A DNA stretch of 32,000 nucleotides from Erysipelotrichaceae bacterium (GCA_963676105.1 OY781039.1:1080001-1112000), one strand, 5' to 3'. Shown: positions 1-10,083, counted from the stretch's first letter. Translations and numbers: made by a program. Notes: generated by a model from the letters alone, not told the origin.

Positions 1-401
1 CTGATTTATTGCCTAATTTAGAACTATGTCCCCTTTCACGTTTCTGTGTGGCTGGTCTACCTGAAACTTTAGAATTCTATGAATCTTGTAAGAATAGTGA
101 AGAAAAGATTCTAACGGTCGCAACTTCAAATCCAGCCATTGCGAATCACTACTTTATGTCTAAAGGGATTATTGCCGATATCATCACCATTGGTGGATCG
201 AGTGAAGTTATGCCTAAATTCAGTAATGTTGATTGTATCTTTGACATTGTGGAAAGTGGCAGAGCTCTTAAAGAAAATGGTTTAATAATCTTTGAAGAAG
301 CCATGCAAATTAAGACAAAAGTTTTATTTAGTAAAGCTGCTTTAAAATATAGTGAGAAAACACAGAAAGTTTTAGAGGTCATGACAAATGCGCTTCAATA
401 G
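1..401 (+). CDS. hisG: ATP phosphoribosyltransferase, short form, 5'-truncated by window edge
   Basis: The frame is open to base 1. It contains the HisG PRPP-loop region SEVMPKFSNVDCIFDIVESGRALKENGL. Only about 40 aa follow that region, so there is no C-terminal regulatory domain. This is therefore a short-form enzyme, which normally needs HisZ (expected upstream, outside the window). It is the first gene of a hisGDCBHAF-IE array. Confidence 0.85.
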   Translation, partial: DLLPNLELCPLSRFCVAGLPETLEFYESCKNSEEKILTVATSNPAIANHYFMSKGIIADIITIGGSSEVMPKFSNVDCIFDIVESGRALKENGLIIFEEAMQIKTKVLFSKAALKYSEKTQKVLEVMTNALQ

Positions 402-1599
402 AGAACTCAAAGAAAGAACACTTGAAACGAATTTAAAAGTGGAAAATATTGTTCGAGATATTATTCAAGATGTACGTTTAAATGGTGATGATGCCATTCT
501 TAAATACAATAAGAAATTTGATAACTATGAAGGTCCATTTGTGATTCAAAACAATGTAGAAGAAGAAGTAGATTTCATGCGTATCTTAGAGCGTGCAAAG
601 TTTCAAATTACAGAGTTCCACAAAAACCAAATTGGTGAAGGTTTTGAACTTAGAAAAAGTGATGGCGTTATCATGGGTCAATTTATTCGACCACTTAAAA
701 GAGTCGCCGTCTATGTTCCTGGTGGAAAAGCTTCCTATCCTTCTTCTGTTTTAATGAATGTCATTCCAGCACAACTCGCTGGTGTTAAAGAAATCGCCTT
801 ATTTACACCTGATCCTTCAAAAGAAGTCTTAATGGCATGTAAAGTATTAGGAATTGAAAACATTTATAAAATTGGTGGTGCTCAAGCAATAGCCGCCATG
901 GCTTATGGAACACAAAGTATTGAGAAATTCGATAAAATTGTGGGACCAGGAAATATGTATGTCGCAACCGCTAAGAAACAAGTATATGGGGATGTTGACA
1001 TTGATATGGTGGCTGGACCATCTGAAGTCTTAGTGATTGCGGATGAGAATGCGAATCCAGCTTATATTGCAGCTGACTTAATGTCTCAAGCAGAGCATGA
1101 TGAAATGGCAAAGTCTATTCTTATTACGACTTCAAAAGATATTATTCAACAAACAGAAGTAGAAATTGAAAAACAAATTCAAAGTCTATCCAAAAAAGAC
1201 ATCATTGAGTCAAGTTTAAAACATTATGGTAGTGCACTACTTGTCGATAGTATTGAGGAAGCGATTAATATTTCGAATGAAATCGCACCCGAACACTTAG
1301 AGTTATTAGTAGATGAACCATTTAAATATCTAGATTTAGTCGATAATGCAGGTTCAATCTTCCTAGGTAAAAACTCACCAGAACCTTTAGGGGATTATAT
1401 GTCTGGAACAAACCATGTACTCCCAACTTCTGGTACCGCTAAATTCTATTCACCTTTAGGGGTTTATGATTTTATTAAATACAGTTCATATTCTTATTAT
1501 CCAAAAGAAGTTCTAGAAACATTTAAAAATGATGTGATAGAGTTTGCCAATAGAGAGGGACTATCAGCTCACGCAAATAGTTTAAAGGTAAGATTCTAA
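388..1599 (+). CDS. hisD: histidinol dehydrogenase
   Basis: 403 aa. HisD hallmarks are VYVPGGKASYPSSVLMNVIPAQLAGV, QAEHDE and GDYMSGTNHVLPT. It overlaps the hisG end by 14 nt. Confidence 0.95.
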   Translation: MRFNRELKERTLETNLKVENIVRDIIQDVRLNGDDAILKYNKKFDNYEGPFVIQNNVEEEVDFMRILERAKFQITEFHKNQIGEGFELRKSDGVIMGQFIRPLKRVAVYVPGGKASYPSSVLMNVIPAQLAGVKEIALFTPDPSKEVLMACKVLGIENIYKIGGAQAIAAMAYGTQSIEKFDKIVGPGNMYVATAKKQVYGDVDIDMVAGPSEVLVIADENANPAYIAADLMSQAEHDEMAKSILITTSKDIIQQTEVEIEKQIQSLSKKDIIESSLKHYGSALLVDSIEEAINISNEIAPEHLELLVDEPFKYLDLVDNAGSIFLGKNSPEPLGDYMSGTNHVLPTSGTAKFYSPLGVYDFIKYSSYSYYPKEVLETFKNDVIEFANREGLSAHANSLKVRF

Positions 1600-2534
1600 T
1601 GGCCTATGTTGCAGGATTTCAACCTAAGGGTGAAGGATATATTAAACTCAATACAAACGAGAATCCCTACCCTCCAAAAGTAAATCTAGATAGTATTGAC
1701 TTAAGTAAACTAAAACTCTATCCAGATCCTGAAAGTTCAAAATTATCCCAAGCGATTGCAGATAAGTTTGATGTAAAACTTGAAAATGTCTTTGTTGGAA
1801 ATGGAAGCGATGAAGTTATTGCGCTTATCTATGAAACCTTCTTTAGAGATAAGGTCCTTACTCAACCTGATATCTCTTATGGATTTTATCCAGTATGGAC
1901 TGAGTTCTATAATGCGAAAGCAAATTATATTCCTTTAAAAAATTGGACTATTGATTTTAGTGAATATAGTGGTAACTGTATTATTGCCAATCCTAACGCT
2001 CCTACTGGCATTGGAATAAATATTGATTCTATTCCAACTGATGGAATTGTGGTTATCGATGAAGCTTATATTGATTTCTCAGATATTAAATCTGCGATTG
2101 AGCTCACTAAAAAGTACGATAATTTATTAGTGGTTCGGACCTTTTCAAAATCATATTCGCTGGCAGGTCTAAGAGTTGGATTTGCGATAGGTAATGAAAA
2201 ACTCATTGAGAAGTTAAACGAATCCAAGAATAGTTTTAATTCCTATCCGATTGATATGATTGCGGAAAATTTAGCCACTCAAGCGATATCTCAAGATCCA
2301 ATTGTTGAAGAAGTTAAAAAGACTCGGGCATGGTTAGAAACACAGATTGATTGTTTACACTCTGATGCGAACTTCGTATTCTGGAAGTGTGAAAATGCCA
2401 AAGAGATGTATGAATACTTATTAGAGAATAAAATAGTTGTTCGTTATTGGGATAAATTCCCAGATCGAATTCGTGTATCGATTGGTACACAGAAAGAAAT
2501 GGAGGCCTTTATCAAATGCGTCAAAGCCAAATAG
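1599..2534 (+). CDS. hisC: histidinol-phosphate aminotransferase
   Basis: 311 aa. NTNENPYPP lies near the N-terminus and the PLP-lysine motif is [22 protein letters not shown] overlap joins it to the hisD stop. It is shorter than the usual 350-360 aa. Confidence 0.9.
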   Translation: MAYVAGFQPKGEGYIKLNTNENPYPPKVNLDSIDLSKLKLYPDPESSKLSQAIADKFDVKLENVFVGNGSDEVIALIYETFFRDKVLTQPDISYGFYPVWTEFYNAKANYIPLKNWTIDFSEYSGNCIIANPNAPTGIGINIDSIPTDGIVVIDEAYIDFSDIKSAIELTKKYDNLLVVRTFSKSYSLAGLRVGFAIGNEKLIEKLNESKNSFNSYPIDMIAENLATQAISQDPIVEEVKKTRAWLETQIDCLHSDANFVFWKCENAKEMYEYLLENKIVVRYWDKFPDRIRVSIGTQKEMEAFIKCVKAK

Positions 2535-3094
2535 AAAGAAATACCAAAGAAACTCAAATCAAATTGAGTTTAAACTTGGATGAAAAAGGAAATTCAAACA
2601 TCAATACAGGGATTGGATTCTTTGATCACATGTTAGATTTATTTGCCTTTAGAGCGGGTATTACACTCAACATTGAATGTAAGGGTGATTTAGTTATTGA
2701 TACGCACCACTCGATTGAAGATATTGGGATTTCCTTAGGCTTAGCCCTTAAAGAAGCATTAGCTGATAAAAAAGGCATAACACGTTATGGCAGCTCAAGA
2801 TGTCCAATGGATGAAACTTTAGTATCTGTAGATTTAGATTTAGCTAATCGTGCTTATTTAGTCTTTAATGCAGAATTAAGCGCTGAGCGAGTGGGTGAAT
2901 TTGAAACTGAAATGACGGAAGAATTCTTTAGAGCTGTAGCCTTTAATTCAGGTATGACCTTACACATTAATGAACTTTACGGTAAAAATACGCACCACAA
3001 AATTGAAGCTATCTTCAAAGCATTTGGAATGGCTTTAAAAACAGCGATTGAAATCACCTCTACTGATATCCCATCAACTAAAGGAGTTTTATAG
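2516..3094 (+). CDS. hisB: imidazoleglycerol-phosphate dehydratase (monofunctional)
   Basis: 192 aa. The two metal-binding His motifs are [11 protein letters not shown] and [10 protein letters not shown]. There is no fused histidinol-phosphatase domain. Confidence 0.95.
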   Translation: MRQSQIERNTKETQIKLSLNLDEKGNSNINTGIGFFDHMLDLFAFRAGITLNIECKGDLVIDTHHSIEDIGISLGLALKEALADKKGITRYGSSRCPMDETLVSVDLDLANRAYLVFNAELSAERVGEFETEMTEEFFRAVAFNSGMTLHINELYGKNTHHKIEAIFKAFGMALKTAIEITSTDIPSTKGVL

Positions 3095-3643
3095 ATGGTT
3101 GTCATTGTTGACTATAACTGTGGAAATATCAAATCAGTTTTAAATGCGTGTAAAAGAGCTGGGATAGAAGCTAAATTATCAAAAAACATTGATGATGCAG
3201 ATGCGATTATTTTGCCTGGGGTTGGCGCCTTTAAAACAGCCATGGATAACTTAGGTCCTTTAGCGGATGAATTACGCAAAACAGATAAACCAATTCTAGG
3301 TATCTGTCTTGGAATGCAAATTCTATTTGAGCGTGGTTTTGAAGGTGAGGAAATCGAAGGTCTAGGTTTATTAAAAGGTGATGTTAAACTCATACCAACC
3401 ACCGCTAAACTTCCTCACATGGGATGGAATACCTTAAGTGAAACCAAAGAAGATGTTTATTTTGTGCACTCCTATATGGCTGATTTTAATGAAACAACGA
3501 TCGAATATGTCGAATATGGTGGTGTTAAAATTCCAGCCACAGTTGGTCAAGGAAAAGTTATGGGTACTCAATTTCACCCAGAGAAAAGTTCAACGGTTGG
3601 TGAAGCAATACTCAAAGGATGGGCAAAGAAATGGGACTTATAA
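3095..3643 (+). CDS. hisH: imidazole glycerol phosphate synthase, glutamine amidotransferase subunit
   Basis: 182 aa class-I amidotransferase. The nucleophile elbow is GICLGMQ and the catalytic FHPEKS lies near the C-terminus. It starts directly after the hisB stop. Confidence 0.93.
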   Translation: MVVIVDYNCGNIKSVLNACKRAGIEAKLSKNIDDADAIILPGVGAFKTAMDNLGPLADELRKTDKPILGICLGMQILFERGFEGEEIEGLGLLKGDVKLIPTTAKLPHMGWNTLSETKEDVYFVHSYMADFNETTIEYVEYGGVKIPATVGQGKVMGTQFHPEKSSTVGEAILKGWAKKWDL

Positions 3644-4320
3644 TACCTGCAATCGATCTTTTAGGTGGACAAGCTGTTCGTTTATATAAAGGTGATTATG
3701 ATCAAAAAACAGTTTATAGCGATAATCCATTAGAGATTGCCCAAACATTTAAAGATATGGGTGCGCAAATCATTCATATCGTAGACTTGGATGGCGCAAA
3801 ATCAGGTGATAATCCTAACTTTGACATCATTACACAAATTGCGAAAATCATTGATATCGAAGTTGGTGGCGGAATTCGTAGTGCTGAAGTGGTTGATAAA
3901 TATCTTCAAGTTGCGAAACGTGTTATCCTTGGAACCGTTGCGGTTAAAGACCCACAATTTGTGATTGATATGGTCAACAAATATGGCAAAGAGAAAATTG
4001 TCGTAGGCGTGGATGTTAAAGATGGTAAAGTAGCCGTTCATGGTTGGACTGAAAAATCTGAACTTGATTATTTAGATTTTATTGAGTCCCTTCCTTGCGA
4101 CATTATTATCGTTACTGATATTTCCAAAGATGGAACTTTAAAAGGACCAAATTGGGATATGTATAAACAAATTAAAAATAAACGAATCATTGTATCTGGA
4201 GGCGTTGCCTCAGATAATGATTTAGACAATCCTTACTATGGAACCATTGTTGGGAAAGCTTACTATGAAGGAAAGGTGGATCTTGAAGCATGCTTAAAAA
4301 AAGAATCATCCCCTGTCTAG
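3631..4320 (+). CDS. hisA: ProFAR isomerase (1-(5-phosphoribosyl)-5-[(5-phosphoribosylamino)methylideneamino]imidazole-4-carboxamide isomerase)
   Basis: The N-terminus [18 protein letters not shown] and the GGGIRS and SGGV phosphate-binding motifs fit HisA. ATG 3631 lies about 11 nt downstream of AAGGA, whereas the track start at 3619 abuts that site, so 3631 is preferred. 3619 remains the alternative start. Confidence 0.9.
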   Translation: MGLIIPAIDLLGGQAVRLYKGDYDQKTVYSDNPLEIAQTFKDMGAQIIHIVDLDGAKSGDNPNFDIITQIAKIIDIEVGGGIRSAEVVDKYLQVAKRVILGTVAVKDPQFVIDMVNKYGKEKIVVGVDVKDGKVAVHGWTEKSELDYLDFIESLPCDIIIVTDISKDGTLKGPNWDMYKQIKNKRIIVSGGVASDNDLDNPYYGTIVGKAYYEGKVDLEACLKKESSPV

Positions 4321-5039
4321 ATATCAAAGATGGTCATGTCGTTAAGGGTATCAACTTTGAAGGTCTCGTTAATGTAGGTGATCCCGTTGAAATAGCCAAA
4401 CGTTATGAAGATCAAATGGCTGATGAAGTTGTCTTCTTAGATATTACTGCGACTCATGAAGATCGTGATACCATCTATGATTTGATTGAAAGAGCTGGAT
4501 CCGTACTTTCTATTCCATTAACGGTTGGTGGTGGTATACGAACCTTAGATGACTTTAGAAAAATCTTAAACTCTGGTGCCGATAAAGTTTCGATTAACTC
4601 ATCAGCGGTTAATAATCCTCAACTCATTAAAGATGCATCCGATGAATTTGGATCAAGTACGGTCGTCGTTGCGATTGATTCAAAAGACTTTGAAGTTTAT
4701 ATCAATGGCGGACGTAAACCAACTGGTTTAAATTTAGTTGAATGGGCTAAAAAGGTTGAAGAACTAGGTGCTGGAGAAATCTTATTAACATCCATGAACG
4801 CAGATGGTACACAAGATGGTTATGATATTGCCCAAACAAAAGCGGTTTGTGATGCGGTTAATATCCCTGTTGTAGCCTCAGGTGGATGTGGTTCTGTTGA
4901 AGATATTATTGAAGTCTTTAAAGAAACCACTTGTGATGCAGCCCTTGTTGCCTCTTTGTTCCACTATGGAAAAGCAACGGTTGATGAAGTTAAAGAAGCT
5001 ATGGAAAGGAATGAGATCCCATGTCGAATCTTAAAATAA
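4290..5039 (+). CDS. hisF: imidazole glycerol phosphate synthase, cyclase subunit
   Basis: 249 aa. It has the KRIIPCLD N-terminus and the GGGIRT and ASGGCG motifs. It overlaps the hisA end. Confidence 0.95.
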   Translation: MLKKRIIPCLDIKDGHVVKGINFEGLVNVGDPVEIAKRYEDQMADEVVFLDITATHEDRDTIYDLIERAGSVLSIPLTVGGGIRTLDDFRKILNSGADKVSINSSAVNNPQLIKDASDEFGSSTVVVAIDSKDFEVYINGGRKPTGLNLVEWAKKVEELGAGEILLTSMNADGTQDGYDIAQTKAVCDAVNIPVVASGGCGSVEDIIEVFKETTCDAALVASLFHYGKATVDEVKEAMERNEIPCRILK

Positions 5040-5665
5040 AATTTAATGATAAAGGACTAGTTCCTGTTATTGTACAAGACTATTACTCAGGTAAAGTCTT
5101 AATGTTTGCCTATGCTAATCAAGAAGCTTATGACTATATGTTAACCAATAATGAAACTTGTTTCTATTCGCGCTCTCGCAATGAGCAGTGGCATAAAGGT
5201 GAAACATCTGGTGCTACCCAGGAAATAAAGTCAATGGCTTTTGACTGCGATAGTGATACCCTACTTGTTCAAGTTAAACAAAATGGTGTTGGTGCCTGTC
5301 ACTTAAATACGTTCTCTTGTTTTGATGGGGGTGAAATCGGTCAGTTCTCAATTCTTGATGACTTATATTCTCAAATTGAAGATCGTGCACATCATCCTGT
5401 TGAAAAATCTTATACAAACTATTTACTCGATAGTGGTTTAGATAAGATATGCAAGAAGGTTGGCGAAGAAGCCACTGAAACAATTATCGCAGCTAAAAAC
5501 AACGACAAAAACGATGTCGTTGAAGAGTTATCTGACTTAGCCTATCACTTGATGGTATTGATGTATCAACAAGGTGTCACGCTTGATGATTTAAAAGCTA
5601 AGCTTGTAGAACGTCATGAAGTCACTGGCAATTTAAAAGAAAAGAATACTAAAGGCGAATACTAA
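5021..5665 (+). CDS. hisI: bifunctional phosphoribosyl-AMP cyclohydrolase / phosphoribosyl-ATP pyrophosphatase
   Basis: 214 aa. The N-terminal HisI part carries [17 protein letters not shown] and FDCDSDTLL. The C-terminal HisE part carries [12 protein letters not shown] and [13 protein letters not shown]. Confidence 0.93.
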   Translation: MSNLKIKFNDKGLVPVIVQDYYSGKVLMFAYANQEAYDYMLTNNETCFYSRSRNEQWHKGETSGATQEIKSMAFDCDSDTLLVQVKQNGVGACHLNTFSCFDGGEIGQFSILDDLYSQIEDRAHHPVEKSYTNYLLDSGLDKICKKVGEEATETIIAAKNNDKNDVVEELSDLAYHLMVLMYQQGVTLDDLKAKLVERHEVTGNLKEKNTKGEY

Positions 5666-5666
5666 T

Positions 5667-5701
5667 AAAATAGCGCATCCAATTTCTGGATACGCTATTT
5701 T
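5667..5701. terminator. bidirectional rho-independent terminator shared by hisIE (+) and the convergent aldolase gene (-)
   Basis: AAAATAGCGCATCCA (5667-5681) pairs with TGGATACGCTATTTT (5687-5701) around a 5-nt loop, with one C/A mismatch. An A-run lies 5' and a T-run lies 3', so the structure works on both strands. Confidence 0.75.
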
Positions 5702-6342
5702 TATTTTTGACCATAGTTATTAAAGACTTCTACTGATTCTTTTATCTGATTATCATTTAACAAAGCAACATGATCACTCATGCTTCTAGCGATGGTATAA
5801 GTTTTTGCAGCTTCTTCTAAATAGACAGCTGCATATAAAGCTTGTTGTAGATCTTTACCTATCGCAATAACACCATGATGTTTTAATATAACAGCTAATT
5901 TATCACCAATATACTTAACTGTCTCTATACCCATTTCTTCAGTTGCGGCTGAAACATATGGTGCAACTTTTACTGTACCTTTTGTCGCATTCGCTAAAGT
6001 CGTTAAATTACATGGGATTTCGTCTTCAACTAATCCGACAGCTGTCGCATAAGGTTGATGGGTATGAATGATTGCATTTACAGCTGGCATATTATTGAAA
6101 ATATAGAGTAAAGCTTTATGATCAACAGACACACGACGATGTCCATTTATGACTTTCCCATCTTTATCAATTTCAACTAAATCACTAATATCCATACTGC
6201 CATACATCATGCCTGATGGTGTCATTAAGAAATTTCCATTGCTTAACCTTAAGGAAAGATTACCACCTGTTAAAGCAATTAAACCATATCGATCCAACAG
6301 TTCCCCAGCATGAATAATCGATTTCTTTTCTTTTTCAAACAT
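5701..6342 (-). CDS. class II aldolase/adducin-family protein (FucA/AraD-like paralogue, substrate unknown)
   Basis: 213 aa. The zinc-ligand pattern is IIHTHQPYATA and LKHHGVIAIG, and the catalytic acid region is VSVDHKALLYIF. A TAATG overlap joins it to the upstream cyclase-family gene. Confidence 0.8.
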   Translation of the reverse strand: MFEKEKKSIIHAGELLDRYGLIALTGGNLSLRLSNGNFLMTPSGMMYGSMDISDLVEIDKDGKVINGHRRVSVDHKALLYIFNNMPAVNAIIHTHQPYATAVGLVEDEIPCNLTTLANATKGTVKVAPYVSAATEEMGIETVKYIGDKLAVILKHHGVIAIGKDLQQALYAAVYLEEAAKTYTIARSMSDHVALLNDNQIKESVEVFNNYGQK

Positions 6343-7157
6343 TATCTTTCAACAATCGCAAGTGGCACAACTGGTGTACCCGTCGCTTTCTCAAATTTCA
6401 TTGGATAACACATAAGTGTAAATACATATTGTTTATCCTTTGCAAGTTCATCTAGTTTCATGTTTTCTATCATGGTAATACCATCTTCAACTAGTAAATA
6501 AATATGTGCCCAATGGGTTGAACCCGTTACAGGATCTTTTTCTTCTGGGATATCCCAAGATAATTGATCAACACCAAACACAATTGGTTTAAATTCTCTG
6601 ACCCATGAACTAGCCTCACCACTAACACCGGCATAACGCATATTTTCTACCGCATCATACCAAAGTGTATCGTAACCAGTTCTCACAAGAATCGCATCAC
6701 CTTCATGAATTTCAATATTTTCAAATTTCATTGTTTCAATTAAATCTTCTTTAGTAATTGAATAACGATTAGGTAATACTTCCACACCTTTATACGCAGC
6801 GACATCTAACATAACAGCACGTGAAATAATGGGATCTAAATCAGCTGCTCCATTTACGGTATAACCTTCAGGTGTTTCAATTGAATTATTAATTTCGATG
6901 CCACCTGTTAACTTCATATTAAGTGCTTGATGACATAAAGCATCCATATGTGTACCTGAGTGATCAGTCATGATAAAGAAGCCTTGTGCAGAAGATCTTG
7001 GTCCTTTAGTCTCAGGATGATAACCACCACTGTGATTTCTCGTCACAAAATAATTATAGGCTGGTCTGTGATTAGGGTACTCTGGCATACCAATAAAACG
7101 AGGTTGTTCTAGATTATATATTTTCCAATTTTTTAATTCATCTGCAAATAATTTCAT
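6342..7157 (-). CDS. putative cyclase-family metal-dependent hydrolase (kynurenine formamidase / isatin hydrolase fold family)
   Basis: 271 aa. DHSGTHMDALCH matches the HxGTHxDxPxH signature of the putative cyclase family, with Leu in place of Pro. The function in this context is unknown. Confidence 0.7.
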   Translation of the reverse strand: MKLFADELKNWKIYNLEQPRFIGMPEYPNHRPAYNYFVTRNHSGGYHPETKGPRSSAQGFFIMTDHSGTHMDALCHQALNMKLTGGIEINNSIETPEGYTVNGAADLDPIISRAVMLDVAAYKGVEVLPNRYSITKEDLIETMKFENIEIHEGDAILVRTGYDTLWYDAVENMRYAGVSGEASSWVREFKPIVFGVDQLSWDIPEEKDPVTGSTHWAHIYLLVEDGITMIENMKLDELAKDKQYVFTLMCYPMKFEKATGTPVVPLAIVER

Positions 7158-7168
7158 TTTTTTACTTC

Positions 7169-7816
7169 CTATTCTTCGAATACTTTCGTAATCATTTCTT
7201 TAAATTGATGTACCACTACATGTGGTTCTTTTGATTGATATATCGTACGACCAACTAGAAATGAGTGTATTTTTAAACCTTTGAATAAAGGAATAATTTC
7301 AGGTGTTAAACCACCTGTGACACTTACGGTATAGCCAAGTGATAATAAAAGTTTTATCTTTTCTAAATCACTATCATCCCAATCCTCATTAGCATCGCGA
7401 GAGTGGTGATAGATAATATGATTTAGTCCTGTTTGTATCCATGAACGAGCTTTTTCTTCATCCCAATCACCATAGAGTTCTATTTGTACTGTTTTATTTT
7501 TTTCTTTGGCAATTTTAGATGCAATTTCCATACTTACAGGACTTGCAGAAGCAATAACGGTTGTATAGTCTGCTCCTGCATTGAAAAACATTGTGATTAA
7601 TGTCTTTGCAGCATCAGCAATTTTAAAGTCAGCAACGATTTCTTTATCCTTTGCATACTTTTTAATTTCTCTAATTGCATCTGCTCCTGCACTCGCTAAG
7701 AGTACCGTACCGACTTCAACAATGTCTAAATTTTCAATATTTTTATTATCTTTTACAAAATTTATGGCTTCATCTAAATCAGTAAGGTCTAGAGCAACTT
7801 GTAACTTTGGTAACAT
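7169..7816 (-). CDS. ulaD: 3-keto-L-gulonate-6-phosphate decarboxylase
   Basis: 215 aa OMP-decarboxylase-fold protein. It tracks E. coli UlaD along its length: LQVALD, IVEVGT, KIADA, VQIEL.G.W, YHHSRDA, VSVTGGL and PLFKG..IH.F..GR. Confidence 0.85.
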   Translation of the reverse strand: MLPKLQVALDLTDLDEAINFVKDNKNIENLDIVEVGTVLLASAGADAIREIKKYAKDKEIVADFKIADAAKTLITMFFNAGADYTTVIASASPVSMEIASKIAKEKNKTVQIELYGDWDEEKARSWIQTGLNHIIYHHSRDANEDWDDSDLEKIKLLLSLGYTVSVTGGLTPEIIPLFKGLKIHSFLVGRTIYQSKEPHVVVHQFKEMITKVFEE

Positions 7817-7852
7817 TACATTCTCCTCCTACTATTTAAATCTACTTATTTG

Positions 7853-8818
7853 TTAATCTTCTTGATGTTTATCCATTTCAATAATGGCTTTTAATGTTTT
7901 ATCATCTGACACAATTTTGTTAACATAACCACTTCTTAATACCGCATGGATCGCTTCAACTTTATTTAAGCCACCTGCAACTAAGAAAACCTTTTTATTT
8001 CGAATGGTATCGATTTTAATCCCAATAATATTGTCATTAATGGGGTGTTTAATAAACAAACCATTATGGTCAAAGAAGTGAGCACACAAATAACCTTTCG
8101 CGCCTAACTCCAACAATTCTTCGCGCGTTTTATTATCAATATGTGCGTCCCAAATGCGTTGAGACTCCCCTTCTTTAACAACCCCTAAACCCGTAACAAT
8201 ATAATCACATTTATCCAACATTTCTACAGTGTTGTTTATAACTGGATTCTCTAATAAAATATCTCGGGTTTTCTTGTCATTAATGTATAACGGTGATGGT
8301 AAGGAATAGAATGATCCACTCACTTTTTTACTAAGTTCAAAACCTATGCTTAGCAACTCTTGTGATGCTTCACCATATTCAACCATGCCGAATAATTCAA
8401 CAATTTTCACATTATGAGTATGTTTTTCTTTAAAAGCATCCACCATTGCTTTAACAGTTCGTCCCCATGACATACCAATACGCACACCATCAGTTATGAT
8501 TGAATCTAATTCTAAAGCTGCTGCTTTACCAATTTCCTTAACTGTTTCAGCTTCAGTTGATAGTGTTTTGACAATGACTACATTTTCAACCCCAAACCTT
8601 TGTTGGATTTGACGCGAAACACGGTTTAAATCATCACTCTCATAATTGATTTTAATTTCAACAATATTTAGTTCACGAGCACGATTTAATAAACGCGAAA
8701 CTTTAGGACGCGAAATAAAAAGTTCCTTAGAGATTTCACTCTGTGTCTTACCTTCTAGGTAATACATCACACTTATTTCAACAAGTAAATCTTTATCATT
8801 TGAATCTAAGTTTGACAT
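7853..8818 (-). CDS. SorC/DeoR(Bsu)/CggR-family sugar-phosphate-binding transcriptional regulator
   Basis: 321 aa. The N-terminal HTH is KTQSEISKELFISRPKVSRLLNRARELNIV and is followed by a long sugar-binding domain. The RBS AGGAGGAG of the next gene lies just downstream. Confidence 0.85.
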   Translation of the reverse strand: MSNLDSNDKDLLVEISVMYYLEGKTQSEISKELFISRPKVSRLLNRARELNIVEIKINYESDDLNRVSRQIQQRFGVENVVIVKTLSTEAETVKEIGKAAALELDSIITDGVRIGMSWGRTVKAMVDAFKEKHTHNVKIVELFGMVEYGEASQELLSIGFELSKKVSGSFYSLPSPLYINDKKTRDILLENPVINNTVEMLDKCDYIVTGLGVVKEGESQRIWDAHIDNKTREELLELGAKGYLCAHFFDHNGLFIKHPINDNIIGIKIDTIRNKKVFLVAGGLNKVEAIHAVLRSGYVNKIVSDDKTLKAIIEMDKHQED

Positions 8819-8865
8819 TAGGAACCTTTCTTTCTTTCATATTTTTTAAACGACTTCTTTTATTA

Positions 8866-9150
8866 TTATAAATTTAATGCAGCTGATATTTTTTCTCTCA
8901 TTTCATCAGCACTTAAGAGATTTTTAAGACCAATTACTTTTGTTGTTTCTTTAACTGAACTAAATTCACCAACTAATTGTAAAGGAACAATAACTAAATC
9001 ATAATTATTTGCCATACTCTTACCAATCCCGACACTTGAGTGATCGATTTGGTAATCTTGTTTTAGTTCTTTTAAAACCCCCTCAATTCTCATTTTAATG
9101 AGTTGACTACTCCCCATTCCATTCCCACACGCCGCTAGTACTTTTAACAT
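8866..9150 (-). CDS. ulaB: PTS ascorbate-family EIIB component
   Basis: 94 aa. The N-terminal phospho-cysteine loop is VLAACGNGMGSS, as in UlaB/SgaB. Confidence 0.85.
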   Translation of the reverse strand: MLKVLAACGNGMGSSQLIKMRIEGVLKELKQDYQIDHSSVGIGKSMANNYDLVIVPLQLVGEFSSVKETTKVIGLKNLLSADEMREKISAALNL

Positions 9151-9216
9151 AAATTTATCTTCCTTTCTTAAAAATTTATATCTTTACAACTATTATAACC
9201 TTTGTGTTTACTTTAA

Positions 9217-10035
9217 TCATTTCATAAAAAGTAAATTATTCTCCAACCAATAAGCAACACCGTCATCTTCATGGTCGAGTGTAATTTCATCAGCAGCCTC
9301 TTTTGCTAAATCACTAGCATCTGCCATGGCAACACTTTTACCAGCAATTTCAAACATTGATACATCATTATCTTGATCGCCCAGAACGGCTACTTCATCA
9401 AGTGATACATTATATTTTTGTGCTAATAACCTAACCGCATTCCCTTTACTTGAAGGACTACGAACAATATCTACAAATCCTTTTTGTGAAATAACTGCTT
9501 CCAAATCTTTATATTCATCTAACTGATAAATAATATTATTCATGATGACTTCATCATGTTCGATAATTAATATCTTATTAAAATGATTAAAATCTACAAT
9601 ATCATTTGAGTTTTCAATAATCTCAAATACACTTTTCGATAACTCGCTTAAACTTTCATTTCGATTGATAAAATATTGAGCGCGATAATTCAATTTTGAA
9701 ACAATCGCGTCTTTTTTATATAACAAATAAAGTGCATTAGTATCATCGCAGAGTTTTACTATTTCTCTGGCTTCTTTTTCGGGAATGCATAAATCTAGTA
9801 ATCGCTCTTTCTTAAATGGGTGACCGATAACAGCTCCATTACACATAATCATTTCATTATCGATATTCAACTCAGATATATACTCTTTAACTAATTGATC
9901 AGGTCGTCCAGTTGCGATGACAAAATGTATTCCCATCCCTTTAAGTTTACGTATTGCCATTTTATTGCGCTCTGATATTGAATGATCTTTTCTAAGCAAA
10001 GTACCATCCATATCTGAAACAACCATTTTAATCAT
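9217..10035 (-). CDS. Cof-type HAD-IIB sugar-phosphate phosphatase (paralogue 1)
   Basis: The HAD motifs are VSDMDGTLL (I), ATGRP (II) and GDQDNDVSMF (IV). The start is set at ATG 10035 (MIKMVV), which has the RBS AGAGG 5 nt upstream. The 12-codon extension in the track (to 10071) is encoded by the ulaA terminator hairpin. Confidence 0.85.
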   Translation of the reverse strand: MIKMVVSDMDGTLLRKDHSISERNKMAIRKLKGMGIHFVIATGRPDQLVKEYISELNIDNEMIMCNGAVIGHPFKKERLLDLCIPEKEAREIVKLCDDTNALYLLYKKDAIVSKLNYRAQYFINRNESLSELSKSVFEIIENSNDIVDFNHFNKILIIEHDEVIMNNIIYQLDEYKDLEAVISQKGFVDIVRSPSSKGNAVRLLAQKYNVSLDEVAVLGDQDNDVSMFEIAGKSVAMADASDLAKEAADEITLDHEDDGVAYWLENNLLFMK

Positions 10036-10054
10036 ATCTACCTCTTTTAAATAA

Positions 10055-10083
10055 TAGTCCCAAGCAATCAATGCTTGGGACTA
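10055..10083 (-). terminator. hairpin terminator/attenuator downstream of ulaA
   Basis: Perfect 12-bp inverted repeat, TAGTCCCAAGCA (10055-10066) with TGCTTGGGACTA (10072-10083), around a 5-nt loop. On the - strand it is followed by TTATTT and then the RBS of the HAD gene. Confidence 0.6.

Noticed and set aside
6342-7157. Reading 'cyclase' as a nucleotide or polyketide cyclase, possibly linked to the GGDEF protein.
   Set aside because: The HxGTHxDxxxH motif belongs to the 'putative cyclase' metal-hydrolase family (kynurenine formamidase-like). The name is historical, and the gene is 24 kb from the GGDEF gene and unrelated to it.
7169-7816. Possibility that this OMP-decarboxylase-fold gene is a 3-hexulose-6-phosphate synthase (RuMP pathway) rather than UlaD.
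   Set aside because: The residue pattern follows E. coli UlaD closely (QIEL.G.W, YHHSRDA, VTGGL, PLFKG..IH.F..GR). No phi (6-phospho-3-hexuloisomerase) gene is adjacent, and the context is ula. Only an alignment or assay can fully exclude HPS activity.
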